Source: an uncultured Phycisphaerales bacterium (GTDB lineage: Bacteria; Planctomycetota; Phycisphaerae; Tepidisphaerales; Tepidisphaeraceae). From it: DNA of 64,000 nt. Both the position numbers and the translations under genes were made by a program. How positions within the stretch are numbered: the first letter of the stretch is position 1; every line of letters begins with the position of its first letter. Under the pieces are notes generated by a model that worked only from the letters and a program-made list of their open reading frames with translations, ran no database searches and had not been told where the DNA came from. The DNA lies in NCBI GenBank assembly GCA_963844715.1, contig CAWJPJ010000007.1:1184001-1248000 (forward strand), given 5' to 3'. Below, one piece after another: positions 33,055 to 44,644 of the stretch.

Positions 33055-34617
33055 TTAGTCGGACTTCTTCTTCGCCCGTCGGCGCCGCATCAGGGCCATC
33101 GCCGAACCGACGAGCGCCAGGGACGCCGTCGACGGCTCGGGCACCACGCCCAGCGAGAGATCGACGATATTCGACGATTCCCAGACCGAGAACGTGCCGC
33201 TGTTGCTGGTGGTTCCGTTCCAATAGACCAATTTGCCCGGATTGCTTCCGCCCGTGTCGCTCCCGCCGATATTCGTGCTGTTTGGCGAGGTGAAAGTCCC
33301 GAATTGCTGGCCGGTGCCAACGTTGATGCTCCAGTTGCCCGTGAACGAGATCGGCGCCGTGCTCGTCCCGGCAAACGCCAGGGACATCCCGTGATACGCC
33401 GACAGGCTCACATTGCTGAACGTCACATTTTGAATGATCGACTTGGGCAGCCCATACAACAATCCCGCGACCGAACTTGTGTAGTTCGTCACCGTCGTGC
33501 TGGTCCAACTGCTGGTGATGTTGTTAAAAGTGATGTTCTGCCAGACCGGAAGCGTGTTCGTGCTGGTCGCGCTATTGGCGTTGGACGGAAATCCGTTCCC
33601 GCTGCCGTTATACCAGCTTGAAATATAAACCGGATAAAACACGTTGGTCATCGTCACGTTGTTGTAACTGAGATTCTGAATCGTGCCGCCAACGCTCTGA
33701 TTGCTCTTCAGCCTGAAGCCGCAAACCGTTCCATTGAACGTGATGTTATTGACGTAAAGATTGTTAACCCCCAGCGAGGTGATGCTGCCGATCGATACGC
33801 CGTGGCCCAATCCGATCGACATGTTCGTGATCGCGATATTCGTATCGGCCGAATTGCTGCTGTCGGCGTTCAACGCAATATCATCGTCACCCGTCGAAAT
33901 CGTCGAGTTGGTGATTAAAAAGTTGTTGCCGTTCGGATCAATGCCCACCGTGTTGGGTGATACCGCCGGCGCGTTGATGTTGATATTGTTGATCGTGACA
34001 TCATTCGTCTGCGTCCCGCCGAACGTGAGAAATTCCTTCGGCGAATTATAGAACGTAACGCCACTGATCAAGAACGTGCGCGCGTTCGAGAATTGGAGCA
34101 GGTCGGGCGCCGCATTGGTGTCCCCCCACCAGTCGTTCGTTCCGATACCTCCCTCACCATCGATGCTCCCAGATCCCGTGATTTCCGAATTCTTCGGATT
34201 GTTCCAATTAATATATTCCGATGACCCGCTCCAGTTGACGTCATTCTGGTTCGTCGGCGCGACGAGTTGGCCGTTGATCTCAAAATCCGCGTTGGAGGCG
34301 CTGATCGTAAGCGGGTTTACATCCCAAGTGCCGCTTGGAATGATGACCGTCCCTCCGGCACTGGGCAAAGATGTAAATGCGTTTTGAATAGCGAGCTGAT
34401 TCGCACCCGCGTTGGATTGCCCGGAACTGAGACTCACAGTAATCGAAGTAGTGCCGGTAATGTTGGGCAGCGGTGGCGATGCAGGATCCCCGGCAAGCGC
34501 GACAGCTGCAGCCATGGATGGCACGAGCAAAAATACCGCACCTGCCACTGCCTTCTGAATTGCCTGCTGTGGGGATACTTTACGACCGCTACCCCGGTCA
34601 GACCGGGAAACGCACAT
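33055..34617 (-). CDS. GH28-like pectin-lyase-fold protein with PEP-CTERM sorting signal
   Basis: SPNTVGID, TGDDDIA, GHGVSIGS, FRLKS; C-terminal VPEPST-TM-RRRR. Confidence 0.88.
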   Translation of the reverse strand: MCVSRSDRGSGRKVSPQQAIQKAVAGAVFLLVPSMAAAVALAGDPASPPLPNITGTTSITVSLSSGQSNAGANQLAIQNAFTSLPSAGGTVIIPSGTWDVNPLTISASNADFEINGQLVAPTNQNDVNWSGSSEYINWNNPKNSEITGSGSIDGEGGIGTNDWWGDTNAAPDLLQFSNARTFLISGVTFYNSPKEFLTFGGTQTNDVTINNININAPAVSPNTVGIDPNGNNFLITNSTISTGDDDIALNADSSNSADTNIAITNMSIGLGHGVSIGSITSLGVNNLYVNNITFNGTVCGFRLKSNQSVGGTIQNLSYNNVTMTNVFYPVYISSWYNGSGNGFPSNANSATSTNTLPVWQNITFNNITSSWTSTTVTNYTSSVAGLLYGLPKSIIQNVTFSNVSLSAYHGMSLAFAGTSTAPISFTGNWSINVGTGQQFGTFTSPNSTNIGGSDTGGSNPGKLVYWNGTTSNSGTFSVWESSNIVDLSLGVVPEPSTASLALVGSAMALMRRRRAKKKSD

Positions 34618-34808
34618 GGGCTTTCTCCTCGCCTCCGCCCTACCAGGTCGGCAGGCCCGGCCTCTCCGCCTAAGCCTGCACGAACCGAATTATGGCGTAC
34701 CTCTTACGAACGGTCAAGAAAATAACCTATGAAATGCAGTGCATTAGCGGATAAGCACTAAAGTGCAATAAGAAGTTATAAAATCTGACCTTAGCGTGAC
34801 AATTATTG

Positions 34809-37385
34809 TTAATTATTGGGGTCCCGCGGCCCCCCCGCGCCGTCCTCTGAGGCAACAGTTTGCCATTGTTCGATTTCCGCGATCGTCTGCTCCTCACGAA
34901 CCGCCCCCGCGGTGTTTCCAGATCGCTCATAAATATCCGCCAACAGCCGATGCGCCTCCTTGTCATACGGCGCAATATAAACCGCCTGTAACGCCCTCGC
35001 CGCCGCCTGGTCCAACTCGTCGTGATCCCGATAGATCCGCGCCGCTCCCTTCGCGTACATATTGTTGTTCAATTCCACCCGCGCAAGAATGTCCAATTGC
35101 TCCGCCGCCTTCAACGGCTCGTTGACCTCCTTCGTGCCATACAGCCCCGCAAGTCGCTGATGCGGCAACACATCCATCGGCCTGATCTTCACGATCTCCT
35201 CAAACACCGGCGCCGCCGCCGCGTATTCGTGCTCATGAATCAGATCTTCCCCCTGTTCCCTCAGCGCTTGATACTTCTTGTCCGTAGCCGGGTCATATCC
35301 CCAGCTCGACACCTGCCCCTCGCACCATGCGCGAAATCCCGAAAAGAATGTCCCCTGGTCCATCTTGAGCGCATTGGTAAAAACTTCATCCTGCGTCCGC
35401 CCGGCCCGAAATTCCGCAATCATCCTCAATATCGCGCCATGCCCGTACGTCTCCTCGATATATTGGCAAATCCAGCTCGACTCCGCGTACGCCAATTGCC
35501 GGTCGATCGGCCGCCGCGGCCGCACAAACGCCCACGTCAACGAATCCAGATCAAACATCTCATTATGCGTCACCGCCCGATACAGCATCGGAACCCATTC
35601 CCATCGCACAGGCGTATGCTCCTCCTGAACCGCGAGCCCTTCCGTAAACCACAGCGGAATCCGATTTTCCGTCGCCCCCAGCGTCACCGTGTGCGTGAAT
35701 TCATGCCGCAAAACCTGCGTAAAATTGAACGTCCCCAGCGTCATCGCCCCCTTGCGCGGCGAAACCAGCGCGATTACCCGTCCCGTGCTGGCACCCACCG
35801 TTGCGATCCACGGCGACCCCGTCGTCCGCACCGAAAATGCATCGTGCGTCGGGAACACCTCGATCATCGTCTTCACCTTCGGCTCGTAGTTAAACGCCCC
35901 GCACACCTGCGGATAAACGCTCTCCAGATAGTCGCTGAAATATTCTGGAATGATCGGGTCCTGCTTCGCGTCATACATCACGATGAAATGCGCCGATTCC
36001 TTCGCGCAAACCCGTCCATCATGTCCAGCAGACGCAAATAGTTCGTTGTCTGCACGTTGAACGGATCCAGCGAATGCGCCGCTTCCAGCACCACCCGCGC
36101 CGAATCCTCATCCCCGCTTTGCGTGTAAAGAAGCCCCAGCCCGTTGCGCGCCGCCGCCCACCACGGCGCGCGATCCACGGCGATTTTGTACATCGCCGCC
36201 GACCGCGGATATTGCCGCATCGCCGCCAGTTGCTCCGCCACTTCGAAATATGCCGTTGCGCTGTTCGGCTGTAGCGCGTCGGCCTCTTTGAGATATTCCG
36301 CCGCCCGATCGTCCTTTAAAAGCAGAGATTGCGCTCCCGCCATCAATCCCAGCGCCTCAATGCTTTTCGGTCGCCGCTTCAGCACATCCTCCAGCAGAGG
36401 CAGCGCCGATTTCGGGGCCCGCTGCGCCAACAAATTCCGCGCCTGGAGCAGTTCCGCATCGATCGAATCCGGGTCGATCTTTCGAATTTCCGCCGCCGCA
36501 TGATCGGCCGCGTCAAAATTGAACTGCATGAGCGCGATCTTTCCCGTCAGCGCCCACGATCGGACGTCCGCCGGGTTCAGCCCCATCGCGCTGTCCAATT
36601 CCTCGATCGCCCCCTTCGGATCGTCGTGCAGCAGCAGGTATTCCGCCGCCGCCTCATGCGCCGGCCAGTAGTCCCGATCGATCAGGTCATACGCCCGCAC
36701 AAACATGCTCATCACCAGATCATGAAGCGATCGCTGCGTCTGGTACGTCATCGTCAGCGTCGCCCACCGATCGATCGCACGCCCGATGATCGTCACCTCC
36801 TCCGCGTCGTCGAACGTTTCCGGATGGCTGATCCATTGCTGCAAATAATTGTGCGGATCGGTCACGAACCACGCATACGCCCCCTTGGCGCCATCAAAAT
36901 CCCCCGCCTTTTCCAGGCAATCACCCAGGTAGTAATGCGGAGCAATCAGATCCGAATCCGTCGAAATCGACCTTTCGCAGCACGCCAATCGCGCCTTCAT
37001 AATCCGCCTCTGCCGCCAGAACTCTCGCCCGAAGCGTCTGCACCCCGGGGTCCGGCAGCGTCAATCCCGCCAGCGCCTCGTCATATCGCCCCAGTTCCAG
37101 CCGAGCTTGCCCACCAATCAGCGCCGCGTCGATCGGCTTGCCATTTCCCGCCAGTTCCAAAGCCACCAGCGCCCGTCGATATTGCCCCGCCTCCACCTGC
37201 AATCGAGCTTTTTCCAGCAGATTATTTTTATCGTAATCAGGATATTCCGGTTCCGGCGCATCCTCCGGCAGCAGGGGGGCAAGCCATTTCCCCGGAATCG
37301 TCTGGTCCTCGATCTCCCCGCCCCGCGCACCCGCGCAGGCCACGGCGACACACAACCCCGCCAGAAGGGTCGTCACTCGTTTCAT
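34809..37385 (-). CDS. Secreted TPR protein with peptidase MA-like HEXXH domain (frameshifts near 36970 and 36000)
   Basis: Signal peptide, TPRs, VLRHEFTH...PLWFTEGLA, LAYAES. Confidence 0.8.
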
Positions 37386-37437
37386 CGCCGGATTCCCGAA
37401 TGAGAGTTCCACGTTCCGCGGCTATTATAGCCGATAC

Positions 37438-38598
37438 ATGAGCACATTGACCGAACTGATCGGGAATGCCGATGCCTTTCCGATCCTTCGCCATCTGCAA
37501 TTTTTCAATCACGCCGGCGTCGCCCCGCTGCCCCACGCTGCCGCGCGAAGCGTTTCGCGTCTACGCCCGCCAGGCCGAAGCCGCCGCGTATCTCGGCTCC
37601 AACTGGTACCAGGACATCGAAAAACTTCGCCAAAGCTCCGCCGCTCTTCTCAATGCCCATCGCGATGAAATCGCCTTCGTCAAAAATACCAGCGAAGGGA
37701 TCAGCATCGTCGCCAACGGACTCGAATGGCAGTTCGGCGATAAGATCGTCACCACCGCCGTCGAATATCCCGCCAACATCTATCCATGGATGGAGACCGT
37801 CCGCGGCCGCGGCGTCAAACTCATCTTGGTCCCCGAGGAGGATTTCCGAGACGGCGCCCGCCACGTCCCGCTGGAAAAAATACTCGAAGCAGCCTCCGAT
37901 CCCCGCACCCGCCTCGTCGCCCTATCCCACGTCGAATTCGCCAGCGGCCAGCGCCACGACCTGGCCAAAATCGGCCAATTCTGCGGCGAACGCAAAATCC
38001 GCTTCTGCGTTGACGGCATCCAATCGCTCGGCGTCTTCCCCGTCGACGTCAAGGCCATGCAAATCGACTTCCTCTCCGCCGACGGCCACAAATGGCTCCT
38101 CGGCCCCGAAGGCGCCGGCATATTCTATTGCCGCCGCGAACTCCTCGAACACATCCGCCCCCTCATGATCGGCTGGATGAATGTCGTCAACGCCCAGGAA
38201 TTCGGCAACTACGACTACACCCTCCGCCCCGACGCGGCCGATTCGAGTGTGGCAGCTACAACGTCCCCGGACTCCTCGCCCTCAAAGCCTCTCTCGATCT
38301 CTTGCAATCCGTGGGAATCGAGCAAATCTCAAAGCGCCTCAAACTCCTCACCGACATCCTCATCGACGGCCTGCGAAAAAAAGGCTACCGCGTCATCAGC
38401 CCCCGCGACGCCGACCACTGGAGCGGCATCGTCAGCTTCGCCTCCCCCAGCCATAGTCACGACGAAATATTCGTCGATCTGCGCAAGCACCATCAGACCG
38501 AAATCGCCGTCCGCGAAGGCCGCCTCCGCTGCTCACCACATTTCTATAACACCGAAGCGCAGATCGAAAAACTGATCGAGCTCCTCCCGCCTCACTAG
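37438..38598 (+). CDS. Class V aminotransferase / cysteine desulfurase-like PLP enzyme (frameshifted)
   Basis: FFNHAGVAP, NTSEG, VDGIQSLG, DGHKWLLGPEG, LRCSPHFYN. Confidence 0.88.
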
Positions 38599-38629
38599 TG
38601 GGTTTCAGCGTCGTCCGCTTCCCTCTTTC

Positions 38630-38669
38630 CCCCTCTCCTGTACCCAGGGGGAGGGCTGGGGTGGGGGTT
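38630..38669 (+). repeat. Left palindromic repeat flanking the DUF559 gene
   Basis: cccctctcctgtacccagggggagggctggggtgggggtt; 36/41 identical to the reverse complement of 39071-39111. Confidence 0.85.
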
Positions 38670-38705
38670 CTTGACACGACCGGGAAATGCGCAAATCCTA
38701 CCGCC

Positions 38706-39072
38706 ATGCTCGGACGTCACGACGCGTCGCCGCGTCTTAAAACCCTCGCGCAAACCTTCGCGCCCAATCCACAGACGCCGAGCGAAAACTCTGGAGTCTC
38801 CTCCGAGGCGAACAATTACAAGGCCTTCAATTCCGGCGTCAGCACCCGATCGCGGGATATATCGTCGATTTCGTCTGCCTCAAGGGGAATCTGGTCGTCG
38901 AGTTAGATGGCGGGCAGCACACCGATCCGCAAGCTGCGACACACGACGCCGAGCGAACGCGACGATTGGAAGAACTCGGGCCTCGTGCGTCTTGCGGGTT
39001 CCAGACAATGAGATGTCGAAGGATCCAAAGGCGGTTCTGAGAACGATTCTTCGCCAGTTGGAAAGGCAATAA
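38706..39072 (+). CDS. DUF559/YcjD Vsr-like endonuclease (two frameshifts; main frame missing from the ORF track)
   Basis: Manual translation: LRAQSTDAERKLWSLLRGEQLQGLQFRRQHPIAGYIVDFVCLKGNLVVELDGGQH...DAERTRRLEELG / VLRVPDNE. Confidence 0.88.
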
Positions 39073-39111
39073 CCCCCACCCTAAGCCTCCCCCTGAGTAC
39101 AGGGAGAGGGG
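39071..39111 (-). repeat. Right palindromic repeat flanking the DUF559 gene
   Basis: aacccccaccctaagcctccccctgagtacagggagagggg, inverted relative to the left copy. Confidence 0.85.
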
Positions 39112-39112
39112 A

Positions 39113-40291
39113 TCAGAGACCCCATCCCATATAGTCACTCAACCCCGCCAGCACCAAATCCACCGATTTCTCCGCGCAATAGTAAACCGGACTCTGCGGA
39201 TTCAGGTATTCATCGATCCGATCGCCATCCAGAGTCACATTGCCCACTGATGCCCAATTCATTTGCGGGGCATCCAGCCCATTCCCCTCCAACAACGGCT
39301 TGCTCGACCTTACGATCCAGACTCGATCCGCCAGATTCTCCGCAAAAAAACTCCGCGCCAGCGACGGCCCCGAATCCACCAGCAGATGCACGATCGATCT
39401 CCCTCCCAAATCATCCAAAAGGTGAGTCAAGGAAAGACTCGCCGGTTTTTGCACAGGCGCATTCTCCCGCAACACCGCGACTTCCACGCCTCGCGCCCCC
39501 AGCGCCGCGACCGCCGCATGCCGCTGCCGGTAAACCGACTCGCCGCAATACACCAGCACCGGCCCTTCGCTCGTCGTCCGCGCCAGGTGGCTGTTCGGAT
39601 CAGCCGCAAATCGTGATCCAGCACAATTCGCAGCGGCTGCTTTTTGCACGGCGACCGACCGCGCCATCAGAAGTGGATCATCCGCCAGCGCCGTCCCGAT
39701 CCCAACCAGAATCGCATCACACCTTGCCCGCAACCCGTGAATCACATTGGTCGATGTTGGATTGCTGATCTGAATGCGTCTTCCCGCCGCCCCCGCGACC
39801 TTCCGATCCGCCGTCTGCGCCCATTTCAACGTCACATACGGCCGCCGATGCTCCATCCGCTTGAAAAACGCGGCGTTCAATTGCCGGCACGCCGCCCCCA
39901 GAACTTCCGCCTGTGCGTGGATCCCCGCTTCGCGAAGCTGATCCATTCCTCGCCCGGCAATCATCGGATTCGGATCCAGACATCCCGCCGCCACGCGTTT
40001 CAGCCGAGCCCGAATCAGCAACGGCACGCAAGGCGGAGTCTTTTTCTCTAAATGACAACAAGGCTCCAGCGTCACATACGCCGTCGCGCCCGCCGCCTCC
40101 ACCAGACAGCCCGCCAGCGCACCGCGGCTCCGCATGCGGCCCCCCAATTCCGCGTGGAATCCTTCCCCCAGAACCTTCCCCTCCTTGACGATCACGCACC
40201 CAACCATCGGATTCGGCTCCACCGCCCCGCGCCCGCGCATCGCCAGCGCGATCGCCCGCCTCATCCATGTCTGGTCATGTTCTCGTTCCAT
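39113..40291 (-). CDS. ribD: Riboflavin biosynthesis deaminase/reductase
   Basis: PNPMVGCVIV, YVTLEPCCH..KTPPC, PYVTLKWA, DAILVGIGT..DDP. Confidence 0.92.
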   Translation of the reverse strand: MEREHDQTWMRRAIALAMRGRGAVEPNPMVGCVIVKEGKVLGEGFHAELGGRMRSRGALAGCLVEAAGATAYVTLEPCCHLEKKTPPCVPLLIRARLKRVAAGCLDPNPMIAGRGMDQLREAGIHAQAEVLGAACRQLNAAFFKRMEHRRPYVTLKWAQTADRKVAGAAGRRIQISNPTSTNVIHGLRARCDAILVGIGTALADDPLLMARSVAVQKAAAANCAGSRFAADPNSHLARTTSEGPVLVYCGESVYRQRHAAVAALGARGVEVAVLRENAPVQKPASLSLTHLLDDLGGRSIVHLLVDSGPSLARSFFAENLADRVWIVRSSKPLLEGNGLDAPQMNWASVGNVTLDGDRIDEYLNPQSPVYYCAEKSVDLVLAGLSDYMGWGL

Positions 40292-40866
40292 CCGGGGCAT
40301 GCCCTTTCGACTCATCCATTTTATCCCCTCCAACGGCGCCGTAGCGGGCACGAGCAAGACTATGCAAAATCATGATCCCCACCCCAATGCACAATAGGCT
40401 GTCCGCCACGTTAAATATCCACGGAAACAGCCCCGGCCATCGCGGCAGGGCATGAATCATGTCCCGCACGTAGCCAAATCGCACCCGGTCATAAAGATTT
40501 CCCAGCACGCCCGCCAATAGCATCCCCAATACGATCTGGTATCCCCACCTTTTTCCGCTTCCTGAAAAAAGAAAGATCAAAAACGCCGCCGCCCCGACCG
40601 ATGCCGTAATAAAAAGATACCGCTGCCCCTGCCCAAGCCCGAATACCGCCCCTTGATTCGCCGTGACTTCAAAATGTATCCATCCCGGAATGAATCGATA
40701 CGGCTCCTCCGCGTACGCACGCACGCGCCCGTTCGGCAAACGTCACCACTTCAATTGCCAATTTCTGAAATGCCAGATGCTTCGTCCAGAGGTCCAACCC
40801 CACGCCCGCCGCCGCGGTCAAGAAAAATCGGCACAGAGCAGCGGGAGAACGCAAGGCGGAATGCAT
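40275..40866 (-). CDS. lspA: Lipoprotein signal peptidase (frameshifted)
   Basis: LDLWTK, NQGAVFG, GVLGNLYDR, GYVRD, FNVADS. Confidence 0.9.
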
Positions 40867-40872
40867 AAGGGC

Positions 40873-41472
40873 CTATCGCAGTCGCCCTTCCAATTTTCGG
40901 GCATGCTCAATCGAAAACCGCGCCCAAGGTTGCGCTTCCAGCCGGGCCTTGCTGATCGGCTTCCCCGTCCCCTCGCAAATCCCGTAAGTTCCGTTCTGAA
41001 TCTTCGCCAGCGCGTCGTTCAAATCGCGCAAAAGCTTCCGGTCCTTTTCCACCAGCCCCAGCGTGAATTCTTGTTCGTAATTGTCCGTCCCCATGTCCGC
41101 CATGTGCAGCGGAAGGTTCGAGAGGTTCGTCCCGCTCGTCCGCAGCGCTTCCCGCTCCATCGAACTCATATCGCCGACGATTTCCCGCCGCTTGGCCAGG
41201 ATCATGTCGCGGTAAAATTCCAGTTCCTTCGACGTCAATCCCGCCTGGTTCTTGCGCGGCTTCCCATCCGTCGGCACCGGAACCGGAACCGGCATCGCCG
41301 GCGCGGGCGGCTCCAAGACGCGCATCGCTTTCTTCGGCGCCGGCAGCGGCGGACGCTTCTCCGCCTTCACCGCTATCACTTCCGATTTACGCGCGATAAC
41401 CGGCGCTTTGGTCTTCGCTTTCTCCACAACCGGCCGCTTTACTGGCGCCTTTTTGCTTGTTGATTTCGCCAC
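40873..41472 (-). CDS. dksA: TraR/DksA family regulator
   Basis: HMADMGTD coiled-coil tip, ALAKIQNGTYGICE, RLEAQPWAR. Confidence 0.82.
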   Translation of the reverse strand: MAKSTSKKAPVKRPVVEKAKTKAPVIARKSEVIAVKAEKRPPLPAPKKAMRVLEPPAPAMPVPVPVPTDGKPRKNQAGLTSKELEFYRDMILAKRREIVGDMSSMEREALRTSGTNLSNLPLHMADMGTDNYEQEFTLGLVEKDRKLLRDLNDALAKIQNGTYGICEGTGKPISKARLEAQPWARFSIEHARKLEGRLR

Positions 41473-41640
41473 TAATCTTTCCTCTGCCTGGGCCGCTAAT
41501 GTCCCTTCGGTACGCCACTGGCGGGACCTTTTCCCCGTACCGCGACCAAAGGCGGTTCAAAATACGTCACACGCCGCCAACCTGTCAAGCCGCCGGTCGC
41601 GGTCTGGAACCTCGCCCCTCCCGGCGTTATGAATAGCCCC

Positions 41641-43638
41641 ATGAAGATCAGCCTTCAGTGGCTCGGCGACTTCCTCCCCCAGCCCCTCGATCCCAACCAG
41701 GCCGCCGATGCTCTCACCAACGCCGGCCTGCCCGTCGAGTCCACCGAATCTCACGACGGCGACACCATCCTCGACGTCGAAGTCACCAGCAATCGCGGCG
41801 ACTGCCTCTCCCACCTCGGCGTCGCCCGAGAACTCGCCGCACTCCTAAACCGCCCGTTCCACACCAAGAACCCCGAAGCCGCCCGAGACCGATCCCCCGG
41901 CCTCGAGCGCCGTCTCCGTCCGCATCGACGCCCCCCAGCTCTGCCCGCACTACACAGCCCGCCTGATCCGCGGCGTCAAAATCGCTCCCTCCCCAGATTG
42001 GCTCGCCAAACGCCTCCTCGCCGTAGGCATGCGCCCCATCAACAACGTCGTCGACGTCACCAACTACGTGATGTTCGAACTCGGCCAGCCCCTCCACGCC
42101 TTCGACTTTTCCAAAATCGCCGGTGGAAAGATCATCGTCCGCCTCGCCGCGCGCGGCGAAGTCATCACCAGCATCGACGGCCGCGAGCGCCAGTTAACCG
42201 CCGACATGCTCACCATCTCCGACGCCAATAAACCCGTCGCCCTCGCCGGCGTCATGGGCGGCGTCGATTCCGAAGTCTCCGATTCAACCGTCGACGTCCT
42301 CCTCGAATCCGCCAGATTCGATCCCCTCTCCATTCGAAAAACCGCCCGCGCCCTGGCCATGAAAAGCGAAAGCTCCTACCGCTTCGAGCGCGGCATCGAC
42401 CCCACCCTCCCCCTTCGCGCAGCCTCCGCGCCGCCCAACTCATCCTCCAAACCGCCGGCGGCAAGCTCCTAAAGGGCGTCGTAGCCGCCGGCTCTGAGAA
42501 TTTCGAGCCAAAAAAAATCGCCCTGCGCCTGCCCCGCCTAAAGCAAATCCTCGGCATCGAATTACCCAAAGACGAGGTAATCGCCGCCTTCTCCCGCCTC
42601 GGCTTTACACCCGTGGCCGCGGACGATCGCATCGAAGTCACCGTTCCTTCGTTTCGCCTGGATATCACCGCCGAAATCGACCTGATCGAGGAAGCCGCGC
42701 GCGTCCTCGGCTATCACCGAATTCCCACCCGCCCGGAAATTTCCATCCGCCTCGCCCCGCCCCACCCGCAATCGCTCACATCTGAATTAATTTGCCAAAC
42801 TCTGGTCGCCGGCGGTTTTTTTGAAGCCGTTACTTTCGGATTCGTGAGCGATCTTCTCCGCGGCGATTTCGGCGATTCAAATCTCCGCGCCGATCCGCAG
42901 CGCGCAGGGCGGATGCCACGCTTCGCGCCAGCCTTTTGCCGGGATTGCTCGAAGCCGTGAAATTCAACGAAGCGAACGGCACCGCCGGGGCCAAACTCTT
43001 CGAAATCGGGGCGACGTTTTCGGCGGCGCGGCGACTTTTCCGTCGACGAAAAACGAAAAGTCGCCTGCGTCGGGGGCGAAGATTTGCGCGAATTGCGCGG
43101 CGTCGTTGAATCGCTCCTGCGCCGCCTCGACGCGGATCGCGTGCTGCGCGTTATTCCGGATGCCGCGCCGGGGTTTTCCAAAAATGCCTGCGGGCGCGTG
43201 CAATGGGGTGATCAATCGCTCGGATTTATCGGCAAAGTCGATGCCGCCGTCGCGCAAAAGCTTTCGCTGCGGCATATCCCCGTCGCGGCGGAATTGGAAC
43301 TGGCGCCGCTGCTCCTGGCGCATTGGCACGTGCCGCAACTGAAAGAACTCCCCAAATTCCCCGCGGTGCGGCGCGATCTGTCCCTCATCGTCGCGGGCAA
43401 TCTGGCGTTTGAGAAAATCGAATCGCTGGTTCGCGGATTGAATCTGCCGGACCTGGAAGAGCTGGAATTCGTCACGACCTATCGCGGCAAACCCCTCGAT
43501 GCGGGGAAAAAGAGCGTAACTATCACACTGGTTTTCCGCTCCGCGACGGCCACACTCACCAGCGAACACGTCGAAAGTTCCGTCGAATCAGTCGTTAAAA
43601 CGGCGCAGCAGCAGCTAGGCGCGACGCTGCGCACGTAG
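41641..43638 (+). CDS. pheT: Phenylalanine-tRNA ligase beta subunit, short form (frameshifted)
   Basis: [62 protein letters not shown]. Confidence 0.93.
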
Positions 43639-43641
43639 CGG

Positions 43642-44286
43642 CTATTTCGTCCAATCGAATTTATTGACCAGAAAATTACCGTTGGAATCCTTCACCAGTT
43701 CCATCTGGCACTGATGCTGTCCGCCGGCGAAATTGCACACGACGACGACCGCGCAGATGTACGACCCGTTCTTCTGAGTCGGCATGGCGACGATGATCGT
43801 GCTCTGCAACGCGCCCCAGGGCTGCGCCTGCTGTTGAGCGGCCTGAAGGACGTCGGACGTGACGGTCGCCGTCGATCTGGAGACGTCGGCGTCGATATTC
43901 CCGGCCATCAGATCAGTGACATAAGTCTTGGCAAAGGCGCGCTCGGCGGTTGTGTTCCGCAGCCAATTGGCGATTCGCATGCCGCTGGTGGTCCAGACGA
44001 GCAGGCTGAGCAGGCCAAGGATCAACCCCGCGATCGCCATCCCCCGGCCGCGAATGTTCGGGTTCTTGGTCGAGGAGAGGCCGATCAATCCCAGAATGGC
44101 CGCCACCAGGCCGGTGACGAACGGGATGCAGAAGAGGAGTCCGCAGATCAGGCTTGCGATGGCCGCGCCGCTGGTGCGGGATTGCTGGGGCATGGCAAAT
44201 CCGCCCCCGGGGCCGGAGTAGCCGGGCGGAGGAGGATAGCCGGGCGGAGGCATAGGCGGCGGTGATGGGGGCGGTGGGTAGGACAT
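43642..44286 (-). CDS. DUF4190 domain membrane protein
   Basis: Pro-rich N-terminus, TSGAAIASLICG...RGRGMAIAGLILG. Confidence 0.82.
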   Translation of the reverse strand: MSYPPPPSPPPMPPPGYPPPPGYSGPGGGFAMPQQSRTSGAAIASLICGLLFCIPFVTGLVAAILGLIGLSSTKNPNIRGRGMAIAGLILGLLSLLVWTTSGMRIANWLRNTTAERAFAKTYVTDLMAGNIDADVSRSTATVTSDVLQAAQQQAQPWGALQSTIIVAMPTQKNGSYICAVVVVCNFAGGQHQCQMELVKDSNGNFLVNKFDWTK

Positions 44287-44419
44287 GGGCGGTATATTAG
44301 CTGCGCTAAAGGGCGGAAAGTAGTGGTGGGACTGAAGCTCTTCGACGGCAACAATCTCAGCCGGACGTTTCGGGAAGTGACCCCGTTTTGACCGCCTTTT
44401 AGTTTTTGCCTGGAAAAGT

Positions 44420-44626
44420 TCAAACCCTCGTTTTGATCCCGCAGGCGCGAAGTATGCACCAGCCCCGGAGGGCTTCGAAGAGGGAGAACACGCTCCCGGC
44501 GATGAGCAGGGCGGCGAAAAGTTTGGAGTGTTCATAAACAGCGAGCGCCGCGCCGGCGAACGCGACCGCAAAGATCGCTCTTATCCAACGGCCTTTTGGG
44601 GTGATGTTCTTTTGGAAGAGGGGCAT
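44420..44626 (-). CDS. Small two-TM protein (YgaP/DUF2892-like)
   Basis: KNI...GRWIR, two TM segments, GWC...ACGIKT. Confidence 0.65.
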   Translation of the reverse strand: MPLFQKNITPKGRWIRAIFAVAFAGAALAVYEHSKLFAALLIAGSVFSLFEALRGWCILRACGIKTRV

Positions 44627-44644
44627 GGGTGTCGGGGATCAATC

